NCBI GenBank assembly: GCA_036502025.1
Contig: DASXZJ010000090.1
Location: forward strand, 1,540-65,539
Direction: 5' to 3'
Length of the DNA: 64,000 bases
DNA from: Acidimicrobiales bacterium
GTDB lineage: Bacteria; Actinomycetota; Acidimicrobiia; Acidimicrobiales; RAAP-2
Numbering within the stretch: the stretch's first letter is position 1; every line of letters begins with the position of its first letter. Below, one piece after another: positions 1 through 9,096 of this stretch. The translations under genes and the position numbers were made by a program. A model generated the notes under the pieces. The model did not search any database. It was not told the DNA's origin and saw only the letters and a list, made by a program, of their open reading frames with translations.

Positions 1-1056
1 CTGCGGGTCCACCATGTGCCCGCCGGACCCCGCGGCAGCCTGCCCAAGGAAGCCCTGCCCGAAGTGGTCGACGAGTTCACCAAGGGTGTGCTCGACGCCA
101 TGACGACCGAGGGCGAGCCCTTCGACTCCGTCCACGCCAACTACTGGCTGTCCGGGCTGTCGGGCCACGTCATCAAGCACGAGCTCAATCTGCCGCTGGT
201 CTGCACCTTCCACACGCTGGACCGGGTGAAGGCCGAGTCCATGCCCGAAGAAGTGGAAGCCGACATGCCCCATCGGCGGGCCGAGGCCGAGGCGTCCATC
301 ATCGAGTGCTCCGATGCCGTCCTGGCTTCCTGCACCGTCGAGGCGGAGCAGATCGCTTCCCTCTACGGCGCCGATCCCGGGCGCATCCGGATCGTGCCGC
401 TCGGGGTCGACCACGCCTTCTTCGGACCGGGGCATCGGCCCCAGGCCCGCCGGGCCCTCGGGCTCCCCCAGGACGGGCGGCTGCTCCTGTTCGTGGGCCG
501 GATCCAGCCCCTCAAGTGCGCCGACGCGGCCATCGAGACGTTGGCCGAGTTGAGCGACTCGGGTGGGGAGGCCTACCGCCTGGTGATCGTCGGAGGACCG
601 AGCGGACCTCACGGGGAGAAGGCGCTGCAGGGCTTGTTCGACCTGGCCGACGCCCACGGGGTGCGTGACCTGGTCCACTTCATCGACCCGCAGCCCCACG
701 AGCTGCTGTCCTCCTACTACCGGGCGGCCGACGTGTGCATCGTGCCCAGCCGCTCGGAGTCCTTCGGCCTGGTGGCCCTGGAGGCGGCGGCCTGCGGGAC
801 CCCGGTGGTCGCCTCGGCCGTGGGCGGCCTGACCACCCTGGTCGACCACGGGCGCACCGGATTCCTGGTCGAGGACCCGACGCCGGATCGCTACGCCAAC
901 GCCGTGCGCGCCATCTTCGAGGAGCCGCTGCTGGCCGAGCGCCTCTCCACTGCCTCGGTGCTCCGGGCCCGCCGCTACACCTGGCGCGCCGCCGCGGGCG
1001 CGTTGCTGGACCTGCACGAGGAGCTGGCATCCGGCCGCCTCGTCGAGTGCAGCTGA
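1..1056 (+). CDS. mshA: GT4 glycosyltransferase, MshA-like D-inositol-3-phosphate glycosyltransferase (5' end lies outside the window)
   Basis: The frame is open from nt 1. Motifs HANYWLSGLSGHVIKHELNLPLVCTFHTLDRVK and SRSESFGLVALEAAACGTPVVA (the EX7E region of retaining GT4 enzymes). It is followed by a YbjN-like gene, as in mycobacteria. Confidence 0.8.
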   Translation: MRVHHVPAGPRGSLPKEALPEVVDEFTKGVLDAMTTEGEPFDSVHANYWLSGLSGHVIKHELNLPLVCTFHTLDRVKAESMPEEVEADMPHRRAEAEASIIECSDAVLASCTVEAEQIASLYGADPGRIRIVPLGVDHAFFGPGHRPQARRALGLPQDGRLLLFVGRIQPLKCADAAIETLAELSDSGGEAYRLVIVGGPSGPHGEKALQGLFDLADAHGVRDLVHFIDPQPHELLSSYYRAADVCIVPSRSESFGLVALEAAACGTPVVASAVGGLTTLVDHGRTGFLVEDPTPDRYANAVRAIFEEPLLAERLSTASVLRARRYTWRAAAGALLDLHEELASGRLVECS

Positions 1057-1092
1057 CGGGTGCCCGTCGTCAATCTCCCGGAGGAAGAGGAG

Positions 1093-1551
1093 ATGGCCGC
1101 CGCGGTCTCCTGCATCGACGCCTGGGTGGCCCGGGAACTGGCGAGCGACGGCTTGCTGGTCGCCGGGGAGCGTCAGGAGGTCACCGACCGCACGGCGTCC
1201 TACCGGTGGTACCTCCGGTTCAAGGGTGAAGAGAAGGACTTCATCACCGTCTGGTTCACCCTGCAGCAGCGGACCCTCCACCACGAGGCGCAGTTCATGC
1301 CGGCACCCGAGGAGAACGTGGCCGAGACCCTCACCTACCTCATGCGGTGCAACGCCAAGCTCTTCGGCATGTGGTTCAGCCTCGGTCCCGAGGACGCCGT
1401 GTACCTGGTCGGCCGGGTGCCCGCCGCCCAGATCGACGACGACGAGCTCGACCGCATCACCGGCTCCTCGGTGCTCTACGTGGACGACTACTTCCCCACG
1501 GCCATGACGATGGGGTACGCCTCGGTCTACCGTCGCCGGCCCCGACGGTAA
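1093..1551 (+). CDS. YbjN-like (putative sensory transduction regulator / chaperone-like) conserved protein
   Basis: The ORF opens at GTG 1060, but ATG 1093 is preceded by GGAGGAAGAGGAG. Its position directly after mshA mirrors the mycobacterial mshA neighbour. Composition is acidic and soluble. Confidence 0.6.
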   Translation: MAAAVSCIDAWVARELASDGLLVAGERQEVTDRTASYRWYLRFKGEEKDFITVWFTLQQRTLHHEAQFMPAPEENVAETLTYLMRCNAKLFGMWFSLGPEDAVYLVGRVPAAQIDDDELDRITGSSVLYVDDYFPTAMTMGYASVYRRRPRR

Positions 1552-1562
1552 CGTCGCATCCC

Positions 1563-2357
1563 ATGCCGGTCTCGTTGTTGATCGTCGGAGGCGGAAAGAT
1601 GGGCGGCGCGCTGCTCGGCGGCCTGCTCGCCTCGGGCTGGGCCACGGCGGGGGAGATCGCGGTGGTGGAGCCGATCGCCGAACGCCGCGACGAGCTGGCC
1701 CTCCTGTTCCCCGGGTTGGCGGTCCACGACGCGCCGCCAGCCGAGTCGGGCGGCGCCGTGCTGGCGGTCAAGCCCGACGCCGCCGAAGGCGCCTGCCGGG
1801 TCCTCAGCGCGGTCGGGGTGCCGCGGCTGCTCTCCATCGTGGCCGGCATCCCGTCGGCTCGTCTGGAGTCCGCCCTGGGTGGTCAGCCCGCCGTGGTCCG
1901 AGCCATGCCCAACACGCCGGCCCAGGTCGGCGCGGGCGTTACGGCCATCTCGGGTGGGTCCTTCGCCACGTCGGCCGACCTGGCCTGGGCCGAGGGGATC
2001 ATGTCCGCGGTCGGGACGGTGGTGCGCCTGCCCGAGCGCCTGCTCGATGCGGTGACCGGCCTCTCGGGCTCGGGACCGGCGTACTTCTTCCTGGTCGCCG
2101 AGGCGCTCATGGAGGCCGGGGTCCAGATGGGCCTGACCCGCGACGTCAGCCGCACCCTGGTGGTCGAGACGATGCTGGGGTCGGCCAAGCTGCTGGCCGA
2201 GTCCGGGCAGGACCCTGAGGCCCTGAGGGCCATGGTGACCTCCCCCGCAGGCACGACGGCAGCCGGGATCCGGGCCCTCGAGTCCCGGGCCGTGCGCTCG
2301 GCCTTCATGGAGGCGGTGGCGGCTGCCACCGAGAGATCCCGCTCCCTGCAGCGCTGA
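1563..2357 (+). CDS. proC: pyrroline-5-carboxylate reductase
   Basis: Rossmann motif LIVGGGKMGGALLGGLL. Also VRAMPNTPAQVGAGVTA and the C-terminal TSPAGTTAAGIRALE signature. Confidence 0.9.
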   Translation: MPVSLLIVGGGKMGGALLGGLLASGWATAGEIAVVEPIAERRDELALLFPGLAVHDAPPAESGGAVLAVKPDAAEGACRVLSAVGVPRLLSIVAGIPSARLESALGGQPAVVRAMPNTPAQVGAGVTAISGGSFATSADLAWAEGIMSAVGTVVRLPERLLDAVTGLSGSGPAYFFLVAEALMEAGVQMGLTRDVSRTLVVETMLGSAKLLAESGQDPEALRAMVTSPAGTTAAGIRALESRAVRSAFMEAVAAATERSRSLQR

Positions 2358-2420
2358 GCGGATTCCCTCCCGCTTTTCCATCGGGGGGAATGGACCTACC
2401 ATCCTCGTTGCGGAGGCATC

Positions 2421-2627
2421 GTGGCACCCACCAAAGATCACAGCAGTCCCCAGATCCGCTTCATGACGGTCAGTGAGGTGGCCACGTCGCTGCGGGTGTC
2501 GACCATGACGGTGTACCGCCTGATCAACAGCGGCGAGTTGCCGGCCGCACGGATCGGGCGCTCCTTCCGGGTCCGCACCGAGGATCTGGAGCACTATCTC
2601 GCTGGCCGCTTCACCGTCGCCGGCTGA
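2421..2627 (+). CDS. excisionase/MerR-like helix-turn-helix DNA-binding protein
   Basis: MTVSEVATSLRVSTMTVYRLINSGELPAARIGRSFRV. This small HTH gene is conserved downstream of proC in actinobacteria. Confidence 0.8.
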   Translation: MAPTKDHSSPQIRFMTVSEVATSLRVSTMTVYRLINSGELPAARIGRSFRVRTEDLEHYLAGRFTVAG

Positions 2628-2641
2628 ATCGGGCCGGGGGA

Positions 2642-3535
2642 ATGGCGGGTCCGTCCGCCCAGACCGTCTTCTTCCTGTCCGACTACGGCTTGGCGGACGA
2701 GTTCGTGGGTGTCGTCCACGGCGTGCTGCGCGCCGCCGCTCCCGACGCGAGAGTGATCGACCTGACCCATCAGGTCCCGGCGTTCGATGTGCGCGCCGGC
2801 TCGCACACGCTTGTCCGCGCCGTCCCCCATCTCGGGCCCGGCGTCGTGCTCGCCGTGGTCGACCCCGGGGTCGGCTCGGCCCGTCGGGGTGTATGCCTGC
2901 ACGTGACCTCGACCCACGACGGGCCCTCCTACTTCGTCGGTCCCGACAACGGGTTGCTGGTGGCCGCCGCAGAGCTGGCGGGTGAGGCTCCGCTGGCCCA
3001 TGTGGTCGAGCTGCGGCTACCGGCGCGGGCCGAGGAGGCCGGCAGCACCTTCGACGGGCGTGACCTCTTCGCCCCGGCCGCGGCGGCGCTCTGCCGGGGG
3101 GCGCCACCCGCTGACCTCGGGGAGCCGATTGAGCCCGACACCCTGATCCGGCTGTTCGGCGGGGTCGTCGAGCATGGCCGGATGGCCGATGGCCGCTCCA
3201 GCCTCCGGGCCGAGGTGACCTGGGTGGATCACTTCGGCAACGTGCAGCTGGCGGCCACGCTGGCCGACGCCAGGGTGGCCGGGATCCCGTCGGAGGGCTC
3301 GGTCTGCGTGACCGCGCTGGTGGAGAGCGACCTGGCCGGCCGGATGTCGCTCCCTCCGGCGCTGGTGCCCGAAGGGGTGGACCTCGCGTGCGTCGAGTCG
3401 TTCGCCGATCTGGCCCACGGCGAGCTGGGCCTGCTCACCGACGCCAACGGCCACTTGGCCATCGTGGCGGGCGAAGCGTCGGCGGCGCGGTGGCTCAACG
3501 TGGTCGCCGGAGAACTGGTGCTGTTGGCCTGGTGA
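2642..3535 (+). CDS. SAM hydroxide adenosyltransferase (DUF62, chlorinase/fluorinase-like fold)
   Basis: N-terminal FFLSDYGLADEFVGVVHGVL, then AVVDPGVGS, VGPDNGLL and TFDGRDLFAPAAA. Confidence 0.8.
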   Translation: MAGPSAQTVFFLSDYGLADEFVGVVHGVLRAAAPDARVIDLTHQVPAFDVRAGSHTLVRAVPHLGPGVVLAVVDPGVGSARRGVCLHVTSTHDGPSYFVGPDNGLLVAAAELAGEAPLAHVVELRLPARAEEAGSTFDGRDLFAPAAAALCRGAPPADLGEPIEPDTLIRLFGGVVEHGRMADGRSSLRAEVTWVDHFGNVQLAATLADARVAGIPSEGSVCVTALVESDLAGRMSLPPALVPEGVDLACVESFADLAHGELGLLTDANGHLAIVAGEASAARWLNVVAGELVLLAW

Positions 3536-3585
3536 CAGGCGCCGGTTTGGTGTCGGGCCAGGTCCCGTCGGTACCATCCGGAACT

Positions 3586-4314
3586 GTGAGCGGCGAGCCA
3601 CCTGCGAATTCGAAGCGCATTCCCGAGGCGACGGTGGTTCGCCTTCCGGTCTATCAGCGCATCCTGGCCGAGCTGGTGCGCAACTCGGTGTCAACCGTCT
3701 CGTCGGAGCAGCTGGCCAACCTGGCCCGGGTCAACGCGGCCAAGGTGCGCAAGGACCTCTCGCTTTTGGGTTCGTTCGGCACCCGCGGCTCGGGTTATGA
3801 CCCCGCCTTCCTCATCTCCCAGATCGACCGGGCCCTCGGGGTCGACGAGAACTGGCCCGTCTCGATGGTCGGCATCGGCAACCTCGGGCGCGCCCTGACC
3901 AACTCGGCGGGCTTCGCCTCGCGCGGCTTCCAGGTGACCTCCCTCTTCGACGTCGATCCCGCGGTTGTGGGCGAGGAGATCAAGGGCATGAAGGTCCGCC
4001 ACATGGACGAGATCGCCACCCTGCGCCCAACGGAGCGCCCGGCCATCGGCGTCATCACCACGCCGGGATGGGCCGCCCAGCAGGTGGCCGACCTGCTGGT
4101 CCAGGTCGGGGTCACCTCCTTGTTGAACTTCGCGCCCCGAGTCCTCACGGTGCCGCCCCACGTGCACCTCCGCTACGTGGACCTTTCCATTGAGCTGCAG
4201 GTGCTCGGCTTCTACCGGGCTCGCAACGGCCTCGAACGGAGCGAGGCGGCACCGAGCGGCAGCGTTCCCATCCTGCGCTCCGTCGGCCTGTCCGCCCCCT
4301 CCGACCTGGCCTGA
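3586..4314 (+). CDS. rex: redox-sensing transcriptional repressor Rex
   Basis: IPEATVVRLPVYQRIL, NAAKVRKDLSLLGSFGTRGSGYD and the Rossmann motif VGIGNLGRAL. The start is taken at GTG 3586. The ORF is open further upstream, so the start is uncertain. Confidence 0.85.
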   Translation: MSGEPPANSKRIPEATVVRLPVYQRILAELVRNSVSTVSSEQLANLARVNAAKVRKDLSLLGSFGTRGSGYDPAFLISQIDRALGVDENWPVSMVGIGNLGRALTNSAGFASRGFQVTSLFDVDPAVVGEEIKGMKVRHMDEIATLRPTERPAIGVITTPGWAAQQVADLLVQVGVTSLLNFAPRVLTVPPHVHLRYVDLSIELQVLGFYRARNGLERSEAAPSGSVPILRSVGLSAPSDLA

Positions 4315-4390
4315 CCCACCCCCACCTGGGAGACTGGCACTCCATACCCGGTGACCGGCATGCTTGATGCCCGACCCAGGAGGCATCCGA

Positions 4391-5662
4391 GTGTCCGTCG
4401 TCGTCGTAGGGCTCCAGCACAAGCAGGCGCCGCTCTCACTGCTCGAAGCGGTGGCGGTGAGCGACGCCGACCTGCACAAGGTGCTGGGCGCGCTGCGGCA
4501 CCGGCGCAACCTCCAGGAGACGGTGGTCCTCTCCACCTGCTTGCGCACCGAGGTCTATGCCGTGGTGGACCGCTTTCACGATGCCGTCGCCGAGGTCTAC
4601 GAGGTCCTGGCCGAGCACTCCGGCGTCTCGACCGACGAGCTGGCTGCCCGGGCCACGGTCCGCTTCGACGACGATGTCACGGCCCACCTCTTCTCGGTCA
4701 CGTCGGGCCTCGAGTCGACGGTGGTCGGCGAGAGCGAGGTGGTTGGCCAGGTCCGCCGCGCCTTCGAGTTCGCCCGGGAGGAAGGCGTCTGCGGTCCCGT
4801 CCTCTCCGCCCTCTTCCAGCACGCGCTCTCGACCGGGAAGCGCGTACGAACCGAAACGGGCATCTCCCGGGGAACGACCTCGTTCGCCTACGCCGCCGTC
4901 ACGGTGGCCCGCGGCAGCGACGCCGCCGGCCTGCGCGACAAGCGGGTGATCGTGGTGGGTGCCGGGGAGATGGGCGTTGGGGTGTGCCGTGCCCTGTGCG
5001 ACATTCCTCTCGAGTCGGCCCCACGTTCGATTGTCGTGGTCAACCGCTCGCTGGCCCGAGCCGAGAACCTGGTGCGCGAGGCCGGCGATGCCACGAAGCT
5101 GCGGGCCGCGCCGCTCGACGGGGTGCATACCGAGCTGGCCCAGGCCGATGTGGTGCTGGCTGCCGTGGCGGCTGAGTCCCATGTGTTGACGGCGGCGCAC
5201 TTCTCCGGCGTGGCCGGGCCGATGCTGGTGATCGACCTCGGCGTGCCCCGCAACGTCGACCCGATCGTCGGATCCCTGCCCACCGTCACCCTCTTGGACA
5301 TGGACACGCTGAGCGTCTCGGTGAGCCGGGCGCTGGGTGACCGCCAGGAAGAGGCGGTCGCCGCCCATTCGATCGTCTCGACCGAGGTGGAGCGCTACCG
5401 CACCGCCAGCCGCCAGCGGGGAGCGGCGCCGATCATCGCCGCGCTCCGGGCCCGGCTCGAATCGCTGCGGGTGACCGAGCTCGAACGGAACCGGGCCCAA
5501 CTGGCTGATCTGACCGAAGCCGAGTGGGAGCAGGTGGACAGCGCCACCCGCGCCGCGCTGGCCAAGTTGCTCCACGAGCCCACCATGCTGCTCAAGGAGA
5601 CCGCGGGCACGCCCCGCGGCGAGCGTCTGGTCGAGGCGCTGCGCATCCTCTTCGACCTTTAG
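4391..5662 (+). CDS. hemA: glutamyl-tRNA reductase
   Basis: VVVGLQHKQAPLSLLE, the active-site region LSTCLRTEVY, and NADPH motif VVGAGEMG. AGGAGG lies 7 nt before GTG 4391. ATG 4364 is an alternative start. Confidence 0.9.
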   Translation: MSVVVVGLQHKQAPLSLLEAVAVSDADLHKVLGALRHRRNLQETVVLSTCLRTEVYAVVDRFHDAVAEVYEVLAEHSGVSTDELAARATVRFDDDVTAHLFSVTSGLESTVVGESEVVGQVRRAFEFAREEGVCGPVLSALFQHALSTGKRVRTETGISRGTTSFAYAAVTVARGSDAAGLRDKRVIVVGAGEMGVGVCRALCDIPLESAPRSIVVVNRSLARAENLVREAGDATKLRAAPLDGVHTELAQADVVLAAVAAESHVLTAAHFSGVAGPMLVIDLGVPRNVDPIVGSLPTVTLLDMDTLSVSVSRALGDRQEEAVAAHSIVSTEVERYRTASRQRGAAPIIAALRARLESLRVTELERNRAQLADLTEAEWEQVDSATRAALAKLLHEPTMLLKETAGTPRGERLVEALRILFDL

Positions 5663-5669
5663 AGCGCAG

Positions 5670-6578
5670 ATGGGAGCATTCCGCCTGGCCACCCGGGGGT
5701 CGCCACTGGCGCTCCGTCAGACCGAGCTGGTGGCCGACGCGCTACGTGGCACCACCGGACTCGACGTGGAGGTGGTGGTGGTGCGTACCCGGGGCGACGA
5801 CCTCACCGTTTCGCTGGCTGAGGTCGGCGGTCAGGGCGTCTTCGTCACCGAGGTGGAAGCGGCCGTAGCCGACGGACGAGCGGAGGCGGCCGTGCACTCC
5901 GCCAAGGACATGACGTCGCTCATGCGAGCCGACCTCGTGCTGGCCGCCGTCCCAGCGCGGGCCGATCCCCGCGACGGGCTGGTCGGGTGCCCGTTGGCCG
6001 AGCTGCCCGCCGGTGCGCTCGTCGCCACGGGCTCGGCCCGGCGACGGGCCCAGCTGGCCAACCTGCGGCCGGATCTGAGCTTCACCGACATCAGAGGGAA
6101 CATGGAACGACGCGTCAAGAAGGGCGAGGATGGGTCGGTGACCTCGGTGGTGGTGGCGGTGGCGGCCATGGCGCGTTTGGGGTGGATGGCCCGACTGAGC
6201 GACATCCTCGACCCGATGGACGTGCTGCCCCAGGCCGGCCAGGGCGCCATCGCCGTGCAATGCCGGACCGGCGATGCCGCGACCCTGCGCCTGCTCGACA
6301 CTATTGACGACCCGGCCTCGCACCGCGCCGTGCGGGCCGAGCGGGCGGTACTGGCGGGGTTGGGTGGGAGCTGCACCGTGCCGGTCGGGGCGTGGGCCGA
6401 GGGCGTGGAGGGCTCGTCGTCGCTGCACATCCACGGCCTGCTGGCCAGCGGCGACGGTCGCACGGTGATCCGGATGTCACGCCGAGGGGACGATCCCGAA
6501 GTGGTCGGCGCCGAGGTGGCGCGGGCGTTGCTGGTCGAAGGTGGCGGATCGGGTCTAGACGGATTCTCGGGCGAATGA
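5670..6578 (+). CDS. hemC: hydroxymethylbilane synthase (porphobilinogen deaminase)
   Basis: RLATRGSPLALRQTE, VRTRGD, and the cofactor Cys region GGSCTVPVGA. Confidence 0.9.
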   Translation: MGAFRLATRGSPLALRQTELVADALRGTTGLDVEVVVVRTRGDDLTVSLAEVGGQGVFVTEVEAAVADGRAEAAVHSAKDMTSLMRADLVLAAVPARADPRDGLVGCPLAELPAGALVATGSARRRAQLANLRPDLSFTDIRGNMERRVKKGEDGSVTSVVVAVAAMARLGWMARLSDILDPMDVLPQAGQGAIAVQCRTGDAATLRLLDTIDDPASHRAVRAERAVLAGLGGSCTVPVGAWAEGVEGSSSLHIHGLLASGDGRTVIRMSRRGDDPEVVGAEVARALLVEGGGSGLDGFSGE

Positions 6579-8086
6579 CCGTCTACCTCGTCGGGGCCGG
6601 ACCCGGGGACCCCGGATTGCTGACTCGCCGCGGGGCGCGGCTGCTCTCCGAGGCGGAGGTCGTGATCTACGACCGCCTGGTGCACCACTCGGTCCTGGCA
6701 CTGGCCCGGCCTTCGGCCGTCCTGATCGATGTGGGTAAGCGTCCCGACGCGGCGCAGTCCGGCGCGGACCGCCAGGAGGAGATCAACCGCTTGTTGCTCG
6801 AGCACGGTCGGGGCGGCCAGGTCGTGGTCCGGCTCAAGGGCGGCGACCCGTTCGTGTTCGGCCGGGGCGGTGAGGAAGGTGAGGTCCTCACCCGGGCGGG
6901 CGTGCCGTGGCAGGTGGTGCCCGGAGTTTCCTCGGCCTTCGGCGTCCCCGCCGCGGTTGGTATACCGGTGACCCAGCGCGGTTTCTCGTCGTCGGTGACC
7001 GTGGTCACCGGGCGGGTGGGCGACCCTTCGGCCCCGGGCGGCGTCGACTGGGCCACGCTGGCCAAGCTGGAGGGGACGCTGGTCATCTTGATGGGGATGA
7101 TGACCCGCACCGAGATCGCCGATGCCCTCCAGCACGCCGGCAAACCCGCCTCCACCGCGGTCGCGGTCATCGAGCGCGGCACCACCTCCTCGCAACGGGT
7201 CGTCCGCACCACCCTCGACCAGCTGGAGGCGGTCGACCTCGGCTCACCGTCGGTGATCGTGGTCGGAGCGGTAGCCGCACTGGGGGCCGGCCAACTCCCG
7301 CTGGTGTCGGCCGGGCCGCTCTCGGGTCGAACCATCGTGGTCACCCGATCAGGAACGCGGGCCCGTGGCCTGATCAGCGCGCTGCACGAAGCCGGAGCCG
7401 AGACCGTCGAGCTGCCGCTGACGCGTCAGACCGAGGCCGCCGACGGGGGAGCGGCGTTGCGCGCCGCGGCGGCGGACGTGGTGGCGTACACCTGGGTCGT
7501 CCTCACCTCGGCCAACGCGGTGGACCGGTTCATGGGGGAGCTACGTGACGCCAGGTCCCTCGGGGCGACGTTGGTGGCCGCGGTCGGCCCAGCCACCGCC
7601 GACGCCCTGCGCCTGGCCGGGGTCGAGCCGGACCTGGTGCCGGCTGAGCACTCGGCCCACGGGCTCGTCGAGGAATTCCCCGAGGCTGCCTCGTCGGCCG
7701 GTCGCGTGCTCTTTCCTGGCGCCGATCAGGCCCCTTCCACCATCCCTGACGGGTTGGAGGGGAGGGGCTGGCAGGTGAGCAGGGTCGAGGCGTACCGGAC
7801 GGTGGCGCTCCCACCACCCGAGGAGGCTCTGTCGGGTCGTGTCACCCAGGCCGATGCGGTGGTCTTCACCGCCACCTCCTCGGTCAGGGCATACCTCGCT
7901 CTGCGTGGATCCGACGGCGCCCCGCTGGCCGTGCCGCCCCTCGTCGTCTGCATCGGTCCAACGACGGCAGGCCACGCCCGCGAGCTCGGGCTGGCCAACG
8001 TCCACGAAGCGCACGGGTCATCGACCGCGGGCCTGGTGGCCGCGCTGATTCATCACCTGGGCGGGTCGCATCCGCCCGCCTCGTAG
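6575..8086 (+). CDS. hemD: fused uroporphyrinogen-III C-methyltransferase / uroporphyrinogen-III synthase
   Basis: N-terminal VYLVGAGPGDPGLLT and VRLKGGDPFVFGRGGEE (a CobA/SUMT-type domain), with a HemD-like C-terminal half from about IVVTRSGTRA onward. ATGA overlap with the hemC stop. Confidence 0.85.
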   Translation: MTVYLVGAGPGDPGLLTRRGARLLSEAEVVIYDRLVHHSVLALARPSAVLIDVGKRPDAAQSGADRQEEINRLLLEHGRGGQVVVRLKGGDPFVFGRGGEEGEVLTRAGVPWQVVPGVSSAFGVPAAVGIPVTQRGFSSSVTVVTGRVGDPSAPGGVDWATLAKLEGTLVILMGMMTRTEIADALQHAGKPASTAVAVIERGTTSSQRVVRTTLDQLEAVDLGSPSVIVVGAVAALGAGQLPLVSAGPLSGRTIVVTRSGTRARGLISALHEAGAETVELPLTRQTEAADGGAALRAAAADVVAYTWVVLTSANAVDRFMGELRDARSLGATLVAAVGPATADALRLAGVEPDLVPAEHSAHGLVEEFPEAASSAGRVLFPGADQAPSTIPDGLEGRGWQVSRVEAYRTVALPPPEEALSGRVTQADAVVFTATSSVRAYLALRGSDGAPLAVPPLVVCIGPTTAGHARELGLANVHEAHGSSTAGLVAALIHHLGGSHPPAS

Positions 8087-8097
8087 GCTGGTCGTCC

Positions 8098-9096
8098 ATG
8101 ATCCCGGCTGATCCGGCCTTCCCGGCCCTGCGCCTGAGGCGTCTCCGTCGCACCCCGGCGCTCCGTCGCCTGGTGGCCGAGACCCGCCTCGGCGTGGACG
8201 ACCTGATCGCTCCCCTGTTCGTTCGCCAGGGCATCGACGCACCGGTTCCGATCGCCTCGATGCCCGGTCAGGTCCAGCACTCCGTCGACTCGCTTCTCCT
8301 CCAGGCCAAGCGCCTCGTCTCGCTCGGAATCCCTGGACTGATCCTCTTCGGGCTGCCGAGCCACAAGGACGCGACGGGTACCGAAGCCTGGAATCCCGAT
8401 GGGATCGTCCAGCTCGCCCTGCGCGCCCTGCGCGACGCCGTCGGCGACGACCTGGTCCTGATGGCCGATCTCTGCCTGGACGAGTACACCGACCACGGGC
8501 ACTGCGGCGTGCTGGGAGACGGCGGCGAGGTCCTCAACGACGCGACCCTCGAGCTCTACCAGCGCATCGCCCTGGCCCAGGCCGCGGCGGGAGCAGACGT
8601 GGTGGCGCCCAGCGGCATGATGGACGGGCAGGTGGCGGCCATCCGTGCCGCACTCGACGGCAGCGGCGATGATCAGGTGGCCATCCTGGCCTACGCGGCG
8701 AAGTACGCCTCGGCCCTCTACGGCCCCTTCCGCGAGGCGGTCGACGTCACCATCGCGGGCGGGGGGGATCGCCGGGCGTACCAGCAGGATCCGCACAACC
8801 GTCGCGAGGCATTGCTCGAGATCGCCCAGGACGAGGCGGAGGGGGCCGACATGGTCATGGTCAAGCCCGCCATGACCTCGCTCGACGTGTTGGCCGCGGC
8901 ACGGCGGCGGGTGCGCGTGCCGCTCGCGGCCTACCACGTCAGCGGTGAGTACTCCATGGTGCAGGCGGCGGCCGCGGCAGGGTGGATCGACGGTCCGGCC
9001 GTCGCGGTGGAGCAGCTCGTCGCCCTCAAGCGAGCCGGGGCCGACTTCATCCTCACGTACTTCGCGACCGAGGTGGCTGAGACACTCGGTGGCTGA
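8098..9096 (+). CDS. hemB: porphobilinogen synthase (ALA dehydratase)
   Basis: RRLRRTPALRRLV, the metal site DLCLDEYTDHGHCG, and Schiff-base Lys region ADMVMVKPAM. Confidence 0.9.
   Translation: MIPADPAFPALRLRRLRRTPALRRLVAETRLGVDDLIAPLFVRQGIDAPVPIASMPGQVQHSVDSLLLQAKRLVSLGIPGLILFGLPSHKDATGTEAWNPDGIVQLALRALRDAVGDDLVLMADLCLDEYTDHGHCGVLGDGGEVLNDATLELYQRIALAQAAAGADVVAPSGMMDGQVAAIRAALDGSGDDQVAILAYAAKYASALYGPFREAVDVTIAGGGDRRAYQQDPHNRREALLEIAQDEAEGADMVMVKPAMTSLDVLAAARRRVRVPLAAYHVSGEYSMVQAAAAAGWIDGPAVAVEQLVALKRAGADFILTYFATEVAETLGG

Noticed and set aside
1527-3107. 526-aa minus-strand ORF antisense to proC, the HTH gene and the SAM hydroxide adenosyltransferase
   Set aside because: It has an extreme Arg/Pro/Gly composition and no recognisable motifs, and it overlaps three well-supported plus-strand genes. 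This is the typical antisense open frame of high-GC DNA.
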